Source: an uncultured Oscillospiraceae bacterium (lineage in GTDB: Bacteria > Bacillota > Clostridia > Saccharofermentanales > UBA5734). From it: a DNA stretch of 52,402 bases. The notes beneath the pieces are model-generated. The model did not search any database. It was given only the letters and a program-made list of their open reading frames with translations, and was not told where the DNA came from. Location: NCBI GenBank assembly GCA_964479435.1, contig CAYZME010000003.1, positions 1 through 52,402 on the forward strand, read 5' to 3'. The position numbers and the translations under genes are program-made. Below are positions 19,434-28,935 of this stretch, piece by piece; position 1 is the stretch's first letter; every line of letters starts with the position of its first letter.

Positions 19434-20522
19434 ATGCACGCTGTACGAAACATTGCCCTGTGTACCAAAGACTGCCTGTGTCTGTACGTTTGCCCGACCG
19501 GCGCGACCGACACGGAGACCGGCCAGATCGACGCGGCCAAATGTCTCGATGGCTGCCGCGCGTGTGTCGACGCCTGCCCGTCGCACGCCATCTCGTTGGC
19601 ACCCGACGTATACCCGCCGCAACAGCCCAAGACCGAGGTCGTGCGCCAGGCTTTGATGGAGCTGGTGCGCAGCAAAACCGAACAGGAACAGGCCGCCCTC
19701 GGGCTGGCCGAGGCCGCCGACAGCCCGGTTCTCAACCAACTGGCGCGGGCGCTGGCCGCGTCCAACCGCCTGATGGCCGAGGACCTGTTGCGCGAAGCGG
19801 GGTTTATGCTGCCCCAGAGCGACAACGTCCGCAACTTGTTGCTCGCGCTCAAAGCCTCCCCGCAACCGGAAGGGTTCCCCTTCGCGGCGGTGGACCATCT
19901 GTTGGCACAGCTTGACCGGGAAACCCCGGCACCGATCACACTTGAAAATAAAAACGACGAAAAAGAAAAGGAGACCCACCCCATGGAGAACAAATACGCC
20001 GGAACCAAGACCGAAAAAAATCTGCAAGAAGCCTTCGCCGGAGAGAGCATGGCGCGCAACAAGTACACCTATTTTGCGGCGATCGCGCAAAATGAAGGCT
20101 ACGACCAAATCGCCGCGCTGTTCCTGCACACTGCGCGCAACGAGCAGGAGCACGCCCGCCTCTGGTTCCAGGAGCTGGGGCATCTGGGCGAGACCGCGGC
20201 CAATTTGCTGCAAGCCGCGGAAGGCGAAAATTACGAATGGACCGACATGTACGACCGCTTTGCCAAAGAAGCCGAAGAAGAAGGCTTTACCACGCTGGCG
20301 GGCCGTTTCCGCCGCGTCGCCGCGATCGAAAAAGCTCACGAAGAGCGGTATCGCGCGCTGTTGCACAACGTAGAGATGCAAAAGGTCTTTGAAAAAGGCG
20401 AAGAAGCCATGTGGGAATGCCGGATTTGCGGGCACCTCGTAATGGGCAAAAAAGCCCCCAAAATCTGCCCGGTCTGCAGCTACACCCAGAGCTACTTCGA
20501 AGTCCGCGCGGTCAACTACTGA
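19434..20522 (+). CDS. Ferredoxin-like (two Cys clusters) domain fused in frame to rubrerythrin
   Basis: N-terminal [12 protein letters not shown] and [13 protein letters not shown]. From M184 it is a complete rubrerythrin: [26 protein letters not shown] and EKAH di-iron motifs, and C-terminal CRICGH..CPVC. Confidence 0.85.
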   Translation: MHAVRNIALCTKDCLCLYVCPTGATDTETGQIDAAKCLDGCRACVDACPSHAISLAPDVYPPQQPKTEVVRQALMELVRSKTEQEQAALGLAEAADSPVLNQLARALAASNRLMAEDLLREAGFMLPQSDNVRNLLLALKASPQPEGFPFAAVDHLLAQLDRETPAPITLENKNDEKEKETHPMENKYAGTKTEKNLQEAFAGESMARNKYTYFAAIAQNEGYDQIAALFLHTARNEQEHARLWFQELGHLGETAANLLQAAEGENYEWTDMYDRFAKEAEEEGFTTLAGRFRRVAAIEKAHEERYRALLHNVEMQKVFEKGEEAMWECRICGHLVMGKKAPKICPVCSYTQSYFEVRAVNY

Positions 20523-20574
20523 TCCGCGTCCCCCTCTATACCGGCGAGTGACAGATCACCGCCAGCAAACGAAC

Positions 20575-20614
20575 CCGGCGGCATGCTCTTACGCGGCGTG
20601 CCGCCGGTTTTCTT
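20575..20614 (+). terminator. Rho-independent terminator after the rubrerythrin fusion gene
   Basis: CCGGCGGCA / TGCCGCCGG is a 9-bp stem followed by TTTTCTT. Confidence 0.7.
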
Positions 20615-20639
20615 GCCGCGGATACCGTATAATCAGACC

Positions 20640-21368
20640 ATGCGCGAACCAGCCGACTCCCGGTCAATCTCACAACAAATCCGCACCTGGGCAGAAACCG
20701 CCGGCGTCCCGGTGTGCGGTTTTGCCGACTTGTCCTGCCCGGACCTCGAGGTCCGGCAGGACCTGGATCACGCGGTCGTGTTGGGACTGGTGTTCACGGC
20801 CGCGGCGTTGCGGGAAAATCGTGCGGGCGACCCGCGCCGGTACTACGCGGAGTATCTGCGGATGAATCGGCGTTTGCCGGAATTGACCCGCGAACTGGAA
20901 GCGCTGCTGACCCGGCAGGGGTATCGGACCCCGGCGTCCCTGCCGCCAGGCGCGGCCGCGCCTGGCGCGCTGCCCCACAAGACCGCCGCGACCCTGGCCG
21001 GTCTCGGCTGGGTCGGCAAAAGCGCCTTGCTGGTCACACCCGCGTATGGTTCGGCCTTGCGGATGGCGGTGGTCAGGACCGACGCGCCGCTGGATGGCGG
21101 CCGGCCGGTCACGCGATCCCGCTGTCCCACGGGTTGTCGTGCCTGCGTCGACGCCTGCCCCGGGCAGGCTTTGTCGGGGCAGGTCTGGCATCCAGACGGG
21201 AGCACGGCGCGGCTATTGGATGCCGCGGCCTGCCGCCGCGCCGCCCGTGCGCGCGCAACCGCGACTTTGGGGATTCAGGCGACGATTTGCGGCCTTTGTA
21301 TCGCCCATTGTCCGTTGTCGATCCAGGGCGCGGTAAAAGACGCCGCCCAAATTGGTTCGAAAGATTGA
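20640..21368 (+). CDS. QueG-like 4Fe-4S dicluster protein (epoxyqueuosine-reductase/reductive-dehalogenase superfamily, short form)
   Basis: HKTAATLAGLGWVGKSALLVTPAYGS resembles the QueG core. Cys motifs are [13 protein letters not shown] and CGLCIAHCP. At 242 aa it is shorter than canonical QueG. Confidence 0.7.
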   Translation: MREPADSRSISQQIRTWAETAGVPVCGFADLSCPDLEVRQDLDHAVVLGLVFTAAALRENRAGDPRRYYAEYLRMNRRLPELTRELEALLTRQGYRTPASLPPGAAAPGALPHKTAATLAGLGWVGKSALLVTPAYGSALRMAVVRTDAPLDGGRPVTRSRCPTGCRACVDACPGQALSGQVWHPDGSTARLLDAAACRRAARARATATLGIQATICGLCIAHCPLSIQGAVKDAAQIGSKD

Positions 21369-21413
21369 GTATTACATGAGTATCATATTTTAAAACATCG
21401 GGAGGCAAACAAA

Positions 21414-23444
21414 ATGGGATACTGGTGGGAACAATGCGACTGGCGCATGGTGCAAACCAATCTGCGCGAAATCGACATGGAAGGGTTGGACGCCCGCCGC
21501 TACGCGCGCGATCTGCAGGCATTCGGCGCGACGGTGGCGTTGGTGAACGCCGCCGGGATCATCGCCAGTTATCCGACGCGGTTGCCTTTTCACTTCCAAA
21601 GCCCTTATCTGACCGGTGACAGCCTGAGTGACGTGATCGGGGCCTGCCATGCAGTCGGGATCCGCGTGTTGGCGCGCACCGATTTTTCCAAGATCCGCCG
21701 CGAGATCTATGAGGCGCGCCCCGAGTGGGCGTATCGCACACCCGCGGGTGAAATCGTCGACTTTGAAGGCGATGTGCACGCGTGTGTCAATGGCGGCTAC
21801 CAGCGGGAATACGCGTTGGAGATCATCCGTGAGTGTCTGACGACGCATGACTTTGACGGTATCTTTTTCAACATGGGCGGCTATCAGGTGCGCGATTACG
21901 CCAACCATTACCATGGCATCTGCCATTGCGAAGCCTGCCGGTCCTTGTTTTTCGCGCGCTCGGGTCACGCGCTCCCCGGGCGCGAAGATCCGTCGGACCC
22001 GATCTACCGCGCGTACCGCCGGTTCCAACTCGAGACCACCGAAGAGCACAACGCGCGGGTGTGCGCGTTCATCCGCGACCTCCGCCCGGAGATCCTGATC
22101 AATCGCGATGTGTACACGCTGGACACCGGCATGATCCGGCAGGAGTGCAACACCGCGTTGGCGCGCCCGCTGCCGCACTGGCCCTATGCCGGGTCGGAGA
22201 ATACCAAGTGGGTCCGCGCTTCTTATCCCGGCTTTATTTCCAGCAACACCAGTGTGGATTTTTGGGATTATCCGGTGCGGCATGTGGCGGTCTCGCCCAC
22301 GCAACAAGAAACGCGGCTGTGGCAGAATCTGGCCAACGCCGGTTCGTTGGATTATTACCTGATCGGCCGGCTGGATGACCACGCGGATACGTCCGGGTAT
22401 GCCGGCATCCGCCGCGTATTTGACCATCATGCCCGCCACGCACAGTGGTACCGCGACAATCGGTCGGTCGCTGCCATTGCCCTGCTGACCCCCGATCATT
22501 GGGGCGGGTTCGGGCCACATCACGAGGCCGCGGGGATCTACCGCATGCTGACCGAGGGTCATCACCTGTTTGACGTGGTCTTTCTCAGCCGCATCCACGC
22601 CGTCGATCTGAAAAAATATGAATGGCTGATTCTGCCCGATTTACAGGCAATCGGTGACGAGCAAGCGCAGATACTCGACGCGTTTGTCGCAGCCGGAGGC
22701 CAGATGCTGTGCACGGGCCAAACGGGCAGCCAGGACGCGGACGGCAACCCGCGCGCCCGACCCGCCCTGGCCTGCCTGGGGTGGACGGACAATGGAATAC
22801 TTCAGGAAGCGGCCTCGGCCTACTTGGAAATCGATGAAACGGATCGGGAGATTTTTAGCCGTTTCAAACAGACCCGGCTGGTGGCGATCGGCGGCTCTTA
22901 TGTCTACACGCGCGGCACCGCACAGACCCAACCGATCCTGCGGATGATCCCGCCTCAACCGTACGGTCCGCCCGAGCGTTGTTATCCTTTGTTTCCGGCC
23001 CATGACAACCCGGGCGCCGTGTCGCACGCTTATCAGGCGGGCCGGTGTGTATCCATCCCCTGGTTCCCCGGCCAATTGTTCCATCGCCAGGGTTACCCCA
23101 ATACGATGGATTTCGTGCTGGATTTGCTGGAGAACCTGCTGGGCGCCACGCCCGTCCGCACCGACTTGCCGCCGATGGCCGAAGTGACCGTGTCGCGCAC
23201 CGCCGATGCGGATGCCTGGCTGTTGCATGTGGTCAACCAGACCGGACATTTCGGCACTTCTTTTTATCCGCCTGTGCAGATCCCGTCCGCGACCTGTTCG
23301 TTGCCGATGCCGCAGCGGCCACGCTCGGTGACCAGTTTGCTCCACGATGCCGCGATCCCCTTTACCTGGCAGGACGGGACCTTGACGGTGCGGATGGGAC
23401 CCATCGGCATCTGTGAGGCCCTCCTGATCCGGACCGCGACTTGA
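21414..23444 (+). CDS. Putative glycoside hydrolase (GHL6-like TIM barrel with beta-galactosidase-trimerisation-like domain)
   Basis: The N-terminus WRMVQTNLREID...NAAGIIASYPT...DFDGIFFNMGGY matches my recollection of the 'hypothetical glycosyl hydrolase 6' family. The family call is from memory only. SD GGGAGG. Confidence 0.65.
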   Translation: MGYWWEQCDWRMVQTNLREIDMEGLDARRYARDLQAFGATVALVNAAGIIASYPTRLPFHFQSPYLTGDSLSDVIGACHAVGIRVLARTDFSKIRREIYEARPEWAYRTPAGEIVDFEGDVHACVNGGYQREYALEIIRECLTTHDFDGIFFNMGGYQVRDYANHYHGICHCEACRSLFFARSGHALPGREDPSDPIYRAYRRFQLETTEEHNARVCAFIRDLRPEILINRDVYTLDTGMIRQECNTALARPLPHWPYAGSENTKWVRASYPGFISSNTSVDFWDYPVRHVAVSPTQQETRLWQNLANAGSLDYYLIGRLDDHADTSGYAGIRRVFDHHARHAQWYRDNRSVAAIALLTPDHWGGFGPHHEAAGIYRMLTEGHHLFDVVFLSRIHAVDLKKYEWLILPDLQAIGDEQAQILDAFVAAGGQMLCTGQTGSQDADGNPRARPALACLGWTDNGILQEAASAYLEIDETDREIFSRFKQTRLVAIGGSYVYTRGTAQTQPILRMIPPQPYGPPERCYPLFPAHDNPGAVSHAYQAGRCVSIPWFPGQLFHRQGYPNTMDFVLDLLENLLGATPVRTDLPPMAEVTVSRTADADAWLLHVVNQTGHFGTSFYPPVQIPSATCSLPMPQRPRSVTSLLHDAAIPFTWQDGTLTVRMGPIGICEALLIRTAT

Positions 23445-23455
23445 AAGGAAAAACC

Positions 23456-26400
23456 ATGAATACACAACGGCTTTTGAACGATGGGTGGACGTTTGCCCAA
23501 TCCGCGCTGGATGCCGCCGGCCCGGACGGGTTGGCATTCACGCCGGTGGATGTGCCGCACGATTGGTTGATCTGGGACACGACCCGGTTGTACGAGAACA
23601 GCATCGGCTGGTACCGCAGGGTGTACCGCCACCGCGCGGATGGACGCCGGACGCTGCTGTACTTCGAGGGCGTGTACATGGATTCCACCTTGTATATCAA
23701 CGGGCGGGAGATGGGAGTCTGGAAGAACGGGTATACCTCGTTCGAACACGATCTCACGGACGCGCTACGCGAAGGGGACAATGAAATTCTCGTGCGGGTC
23801 GTGCATCAGGCGCCCAATTCCCGCTGGTATTCCGGCGCCGGGATCTACCGTGACGTCTGGTTGAAACGGCGTGGCGCCAATCACTTGGCCACCGACGGCG
23901 TGTATGTGGTCATCCGCCCGGGCGCCAACGGTTGGCGGGTTGAGGTCGAGACCGAACTGAGCGCGACCGAACCGGTGGTGCTGTCTCACACCCTGTTGCG
24001 CGCGGGCCGGGAGGTCGCGGCTGTCACAGCGGAGCAGCCAGCTGTGCGCGGTCATCTCGACCGCCAGGGGTTTGACATCACCTCGCCGGATGTATGGAGT
24101 CCCGAAGCCCCCCACGTGTACTGCCTGCGGACCCGTTTGGCCCGGGTGGATGGCACGGTGCTGGAAGAAAAGGAACAAAATGTCGGGTTCCGCACGCTGA
24201 CCTTTGATCCGGATCGCGGGTTGGCACTCAATGGGCAGGCGTATAAACTCAACGGCGTATGCGAGCACCATGATTTGGGCGCGCTGGGGGCGGCGTTTAG
24301 CCGCGCCGCTTTGCGCCGGCGTTTTACGATTTTGAAGGAGATGGGGGTCAACGCGGTGCGCACCGCGCACAATCCGCCGGCTCCCGCCTGGATGGATCTG
24401 GCGGACGAGATGGGCCTGCTGGTTTTGTCCGAAGCGTTCGACATGTGGGAGCGCGCCAAAACCCGCTACGATTACGCGCGCTTTTTCCCCGATTGGCATG
24501 AGCGGGATGTGGCCGCCTGGGTACGCCGAGACCGCAATCACCCCTGCCTTTTGATGTGGAGCATCGGCAACGAGATCTATGACACCCATGCCGACGCGCG
24601 CGGGCAGGAGCTGACGCGCACGCTGACCGCGCTGGTACAGCGCCATGACCCGCACGGCAACGCGCCAGTCACGCTGGGGTCCAATTATATGCCATGGGAA
24701 AACGCGCAAAAGTGCGCGGACATCGTCAAGATCGCCGGCTACAATTATGCCGAGCGTCTGTATGCGGAGCACCACGCCCGCTACCCGGACTGGGTGATCT
24801 ATGGCAGTGAGACCGCGTCGATTGTCCAAAGCCGCGGTGTGTATCACTTCCCTTTGGAAAAATCGATTCTGGCGGATGACGATGAACAGTGTTCTTCCCT
24901 GGGAAACTCACCAGTCAGTTACGGGGCCAAAGCCGCGGAAGATTGTGTGATCGCCGAACGGGACACGCTGTTTTCTTTGGGGCAGTTTTTGTGGACTGGT
25001 TTTGATTACATCGGCGAGCCGACACCCTACCACACTAAAAATTCCTATTACGGGCAGATCGACACCGCGACCTTTCCCAAAGACGCGTATTACCTGTATC
25101 AGTCGGCCTGGACCGATCACAAACTCGCGCCGATGATCCACATCCTGCCCCATTGGGATTGGAACCCGGGACAGCTGATCGATGTGCGCGTTTTCTCCAA
25201 TGCCCCTCGAATTGAACTCAAGCTCAACGGCGAAAGCGTCGGTACGATGCAGATCGATCATGCCCGCGGCCGGCAACTGGCGGGGCATTGGAAAATACCC
25301 TACCGCCCGGGCACCCTGACCGCGCTCGCGTATGACGCGCACGGGCACGTGATCGCCACGGCCGAACAGCGCTCCTTTGGCGACGCGTGCCATCTGCGGA
25401 TGCACCCGGATCGAACCGGACTTCAAGCGGATGGCAGAGATCTGGTTTTTGTAGAGATCACGGCAGCGGACGCGGATGGAAATCCGGTTGCCAACGCGGT
25501 CGACCGCGTCGCTGTCCGCGTGACGGGCGAGGGTCGTCTGGTCGGTTTGGACAACGGCGACAGCACGGATTACGACCCCTACAAAGGCACCAGCCGACGA
25601 CTGTTCGCGGGGAAGCTGATGGCCATCATCGCCGCGACAAAAGAAGCGGGCCCCATCTATGTGCAGGCGCAGGCCTCCGGGTTGACGGCGGCCGAGCTGG
25701 CGTTGCGCGCTCACCCCGTCGCGCCTTCTTGTCTGCAGGGCATTTCGGCCATCCAGTCCAATCGGCCGTTGCCGATCCGGCTGGGGCAAAAAGAGGAACG
25801 GCCGCTGCGCAAAGTGGAGCTGCGCGTCAGCCCGGGCCAGCATCTGGACGCCGACCTTCGCACGGCCACCGTGCGGGCGGTCCTGCATCCGGCGGATACC
25901 ACCTGGCCCGACTTGCGATGGAGTGTGGTGGATGGGGCGGGTATTCCCTCCAATCTGGCCGTGGTGTCAGCACAAGAGGACACGGCGCAGGTCACGGCAC
26001 ACGGTGACGGGATGTTCTATTTGCGGTGTACAGCCCGCAATGGCGGCGCCAAAGTCCGGTTGATCTCCCACATCGAATTTACGGTCACCGGTTTGGGGCG
26101 CGCGTACAAAGATCCCTATGAATTTGTTTCCGCCGGCCTGTATACGCGCAGCCGCGGCGAGGTCTCCAACGGCAATGAACGCGGCGTCGCGACCGCGCGC
26201 GGCGCCGAGACGCAAGTCGGCATTGAGGGCATCGATTTTGGGCCCTACGGCTCCGACCTTGTCACCGTGCCGATTTTCGCTCTGACGAGTGAACCGTATC
26301 CGATTGAGATCTGGCAAGGGATGCCGGGCGAAGCGGGCGCTGAATTGTTGGCGTCACAGATCTATCAGAAGCCGACACGCTGGAACGTATACCAGGATGA

Positions 26401-26869
26401 AGTTTTCCATTTGTCGCGACGGATGCGGGGGATCGCCTCGTTGACGTTTGTCGCCCATGACAAAGTGCATATCAAAGGCTTTGTCTTTGCGCGCCCCCGG
26501 CGCGCGTTTGCTCTCAACCGAGCGGCCGACGCCGATCATCTGTACGGGGATTCCTATACGGTGGCCGAGGGCCGGGTGGAGGACATCGGCAACAACGTCT
26601 CCCTGACTTTTGAAGAGATGGATTTCGGCCTCGACGGCGCGGCCGCCATCGCCATCCGCGGGCACTCTCCGATCGATCGCAATTCGATCCATATTCATTT
26701 CCAGACCGAAGGCGGCGACCCAAGCCAAACGGTGGAATTTTTGGCATCCGGCGGCTATGAAGAACGCGTCTTCGCGCTCGAGCGGGTTCGCGGTCGCGCG
26801 ACGGTCACTTTTGTGTTCCTCCCCGGCAGCCATTTCCATTTCGAAAGCTTCCGCTTTTTGCCCGCGTGA
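23456..26869 (+). CDS. Glycoside hydrolase family 2 (beta-galactosidase-like) with long C-terminal extension
   Basis: DGWTF, VPHDW, LYFEGVYMDSTLYINGREMG, RWYSGAGIYRDVWL, acid/base NHPCLLMWSIGNE and nucleophile region YGSETAS. There is no signal peptide. The start overlaps or abuts the stop of the upstream gene. Confidence 0.9.
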   Translation: MNTQRLLNDGWTFAQSALDAAGPDGLAFTPVDVPHDWLIWDTTRLYENSIGWYRRVYRHRADGRRTLLYFEGVYMDSTLYINGREMGVWKNGYTSFEHDLTDALREGDNEILVRVVHQAPNSRWYSGAGIYRDVWLKRRGANHLATDGVYVVIRPGANGWRVEVETELSATEPVVLSHTLLRAGREVAAVTAEQPAVRGHLDRQGFDITSPDVWSPEAPHVYCLRTRLARVDGTVLEEKEQNVGFRTLTFDPDRGLALNGQAYKLNGVCEHHDLGALGAAFSRAALRRRFTILKEMGVNAVRTAHNPPAPAWMDLADEMGLLVLSEAFDMWERAKTRYDYARFFPDWHERDVAAWVRRDRNHPCLLMWSIGNEIYDTHADARGQELTRTLTALVQRHDPHGNAPVTLGSNYMPWENAQKCADIVKIAGYNYAERLYAEHHARYPDWVIYGSETASIVQSRGVYHFPLEKSILADDDEQCSSLGNSPVSYGAKAAEDCVIAERDTLFSLGQFLWTGFDYIGEPTPYHTKNSYYGQIDTATFPKDAYYLYQSAWTDHKLAPMIHILPHWDWNPGQLIDVRVFSNAPRIELKLNGESVGTMQIDHARGRQLAGHWKIPYRPGTLTALAYDAHGHVIATAEQRSFGDACHLRMHPDRTGLQADGRDLVFVEITAADADGNPVANAVDRVAVRVTGEGRLVGLDNGDSTDYDPYKGTSRRLFAGKLMAIIAATKEAGPIYVQAQASGLTAAELALRAHPVAPSCLQGISAIQSNRPLPIRLGQKEERPLRKVELRVSPGQHLDADLRTATVRAVLHPADTTWPDLRWSVVDGAGIPSNLAVVSAQEDTAQVTAHGDGMFYLRCTARNGGAKVRLISHIEFTVTGLGRAYKDPYEFVSAGLYTRSRGEVSNGNERGVATARGAETQVGIEGIDFGPYGSDLVTVPIFALTSEPYPIEIWQGMPGEAGAELLASQIYQKPTRWNVYQDEVFHLSRRMRGIASLTFVAHDKVHIKGFVFARPRRAFALNRAADADHLYGDSYTVAEGRVEDIGNNVSLTFEEMDFGLDGAAAIAIRGHSPIDRNSIHIHFQTEGGDPSQTVEFLASGGYEERVFALERVRGRATVTFVFLPGSHFHFESFRFLPA

Positions 26870-27037
26870 ACCTTCCGACGGGCAACCACCAGACTGGCCC
26901 TGGCCCCCAGTGGCCGCGGCAGGGGGATCCCCACTCTACCCAAGGAGGCGCAAAAAGGGTAGAGTAGGTAGGATTAAAAAGCGGCCGGCCGGTTTCGCAC
27001 GGGCATTGCTTCCACGTGGCCGCCCCCCGGAGGTACC

Positions 27038-27994
27038 ATGGTTTACGATAACGTGCTCGCGGCATTGGGGCACACACCGATGATCCGGCTCCAGCGGATG
27101 CCACACGCGGGGTCCGCGGAGGTCCTGGTGAAATATGAGGGGCTCAACGTCGGCGGCTCGATCAAAATCCGCACCGCTCTGAATATGATTCTGGCCGCCG
27201 AGCGGCAAGGTGTGCTACGTAAAGACTCGATTATCGTCGAGCCGACCAGCGGCAACCAGGGCATCGGCCTGGCGCTGGTCGCGGCCGTGCGCGGGTATCG
27301 CGCGGTGATTATCATGCCGGATTGCGTCAGCGAAGAGCGCCGCAAACTGGTCCGGCATTACGGCGCCGAAGTGATCGAGATACACGACGACGGCGACATC
27401 GGCAAATGCATCGAGAGGTGTTTGCAATTGGCGCTGGATATGTCGCGCCAGGATCCGCGCGTGTTTGTCCCGCAGCAGTTTGAGAACCCCGCCAACCCGA
27501 TGGCGCATCGGCACCACACCGCGCTGGAGATTCTGGAGCAGGTCGCCGGACCCATCCATGGATTTTGCTCCGGCATTGGCACCGGCGGCACGATCACTGG
27601 TATCGGTGAAGTGCTCAAAGCCCAATATCCTGACATTGTCATCTGGGCGGTCGAACCGGAGAATGCCGCGATCTTGTCGGGTGGCACCATCGGCACCCAC
27701 CTGCAGATGGGCATCGGCGACGGTCTGATCCCCGATGTGCTCAACACCCGTATTTATGAAGATATCTGTATTGTCGACGACCAGGAGGCCATCCGCACCG
27801 CCAAAGATCTGGCCCGTCTGGAGGGCTTGATGTGTGGGATTTCCAGCGGCACCAATGTCGCGGCGGCCCTGCGGTTGGCCGCGCGACTGGGGCCTGACAA
27901 AACGGTGGTCACCGTCCTGCCGGATACGGCGGAACGGTACTTTTCCACGCCCTTGTTTGATGAATACACAAGCGCCGCCTGTTCGTGGGATTGA
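27038..27994 (+). CDS. cysK: Cysteine synthase family PLP enzyme (CysK-like)
   Basis: GGSIKIR (PLP lysine loop), TSGNQGIGLA and GIGTGGTITG. SD GGAGG precedes the ATG. The lysine loop deviates from the usual SVKDR. Confidence 0.8.
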   Translation: MVYDNVLAALGHTPMIRLQRMPHAGSAEVLVKYEGLNVGGSIKIRTALNMILAAERQGVLRKDSIIVEPTSGNQGIGLALVAAVRGYRAVIIMPDCVSEERRKLVRHYGAEVIEIHDDGDIGKCIERCLQLALDMSRQDPRVFVPQQFENPANPMAHRHHTALEILEQVAGPIHGFCSGIGTGGTITGIGEVLKAQYPDIVIWAVEPENAAILSGGTIGTHLQMGIGDGLIPDVLNTRIYEDICIVDDQEAIRTAKDLARLEGLMCGISSGTNVAAALRLAARLGPDKTVVTVLPDTAERYFSTPLFDEYTSAACSWD

Positions 27995-28038
27995 TGCTCC
28001 TTCCTCCCGCCACGTGGCCCCTCTCCACCCGTTTATCA

Positions 28039-28068
28039 TTGACATCACAGGCTTGAAAATGCTAGCAT
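28039..28068 (+). promoter_or_regulatory. Candidate promoter of the amino-acid ABC transporter operon
   Basis: TTGACA (28039-28044), an 18-nt spacer, then TAGCAT (28063-28068), ~70 nt upstream of ATG 28137. Confidence 0.4.
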
Positions 28069-28136
28069 GCCTAGAGTCGTCACTTTACCATGATAAATTG
28101 ACAAAATCTCATAATCTGGCTGGAGGATGAAAACAC

Positions 28137-28925
28137 ATGAAAAAATCACTGCTGCTTATACTGGCTTTGTTGCTGACACTCGGCCTTGTCGCCGGATGTG
28201 CCGGAAAGAAAGACCAGGAGCAAACTTTTACCGTCGGTTTTGACGCCGAATTCCCGCCGTACGGATTTATGGACGACCAGGGCGAGTACACGGGTTTTGA
28301 TCTGGAGCTCGCGCAGGAAGTGGCCACGCGCCGCGGGTGGAAACTGGTCAAGCAGCCGATCAACTGGGATACCAAAGACGATGAATTGAAATCTGGCGCC
28401 ATCGACTGTATTTGGAACGGTTTCACCATCAATGGCCGTGAGGACGAGTACACCTGGAGTTCGCCTTATGTCAACAACAGCCAGGTATTTGTGGTCGCCG
28501 GTAATGCCGGCATCGCGGACCCGGTAGGCTTAGCCGGCAAGGTGGTCGCGGTGCAAAAAGAATCGTCGGCACTGGCGGCGCTCGAGAGTGAAGACCAGGC
28601 CGACTTGCTGGAATCGTTTGATGAAATGATCCAGTTCGGCGACTACAACACCGCTTTCCTTGAGTTGGAGCAGGGCTCGGTCGACGCCATCGCCATGGAT
28701 ATCGGCGTCGCGCATGTACAAATAGCCGCGCGGGCGGAAGGCAAATTCGTCATTCTCGATGAATATCTGTCGGCCGAGCAATACGGCGTCGGCTTCAAGC
28801 TGGGCAACGAGGCGTTGCGCGACCAGGTGGAAGAAACGTTGATGGCCATGCTTGAGGATGGTACCTTCTTGACTATCGCGACCAAGTGGAATCTGCAGGA
28901 CTTTGTCTGTCTCGGCGACGCGTAA
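28137..28925 (+). CDS. Amino-acid ABC transporter substrate-binding lipoprotein (polar amino acid/cystine type)
   Basis: Lipobox LGLVAGC. FTVGFDAEFPPYGF, GFDLELAQEVA and DCIWNGFTI are typical of family-3 solute-binding proteins. Confidence 0.9.
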   Translation: MKKSLLLILALLLTLGLVAGCAGKKDQEQTFTVGFDAEFPPYGFMDDQGEYTGFDLELAQEVATRRGWKLVKQPINWDTKDDELKSGAIDCIWNGFTINGREDEYTWSSPYVNNSQVFVVAGNAGIADPVGLAGKVVAVQKESSALAALESEDQADLLESFDEMIQFGDYNTAFLELEQGSVDAIAMDIGVAHVQIAARAEGKFVILDEYLSAEQYGVGFKLGNEALRDQVEETLMAMLEDGTFLTIATKWNLQDFVCLGDA

Positions 28926-28935
28926 GTAGGGGATG

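Noticed and set aside
18659-20435. 469-aa and 395-aa minus-strand ORFs across the rubredoxin/rubrerythrin genes
   Set aside because: They are antisense shadows. The plus strand carries canonical CxxC...CxxC and ExxH motifs in frame, and the minus-strand peptides are Arg/Gly/Ala-rich without features.
26870-27037. Possible riboswitch or T-box in the 168-nt leader of the CysK-like gene (hairpin CTCTACCC/GGGTAGAG at 26934-26964)
   Set aside because: I could not find the conserved T-box sequence or SAM/S-box core motifs. There is only a generic hairpin with no terminator/antiterminator alternative. An Rfam covariance-model scan is needed to decide.
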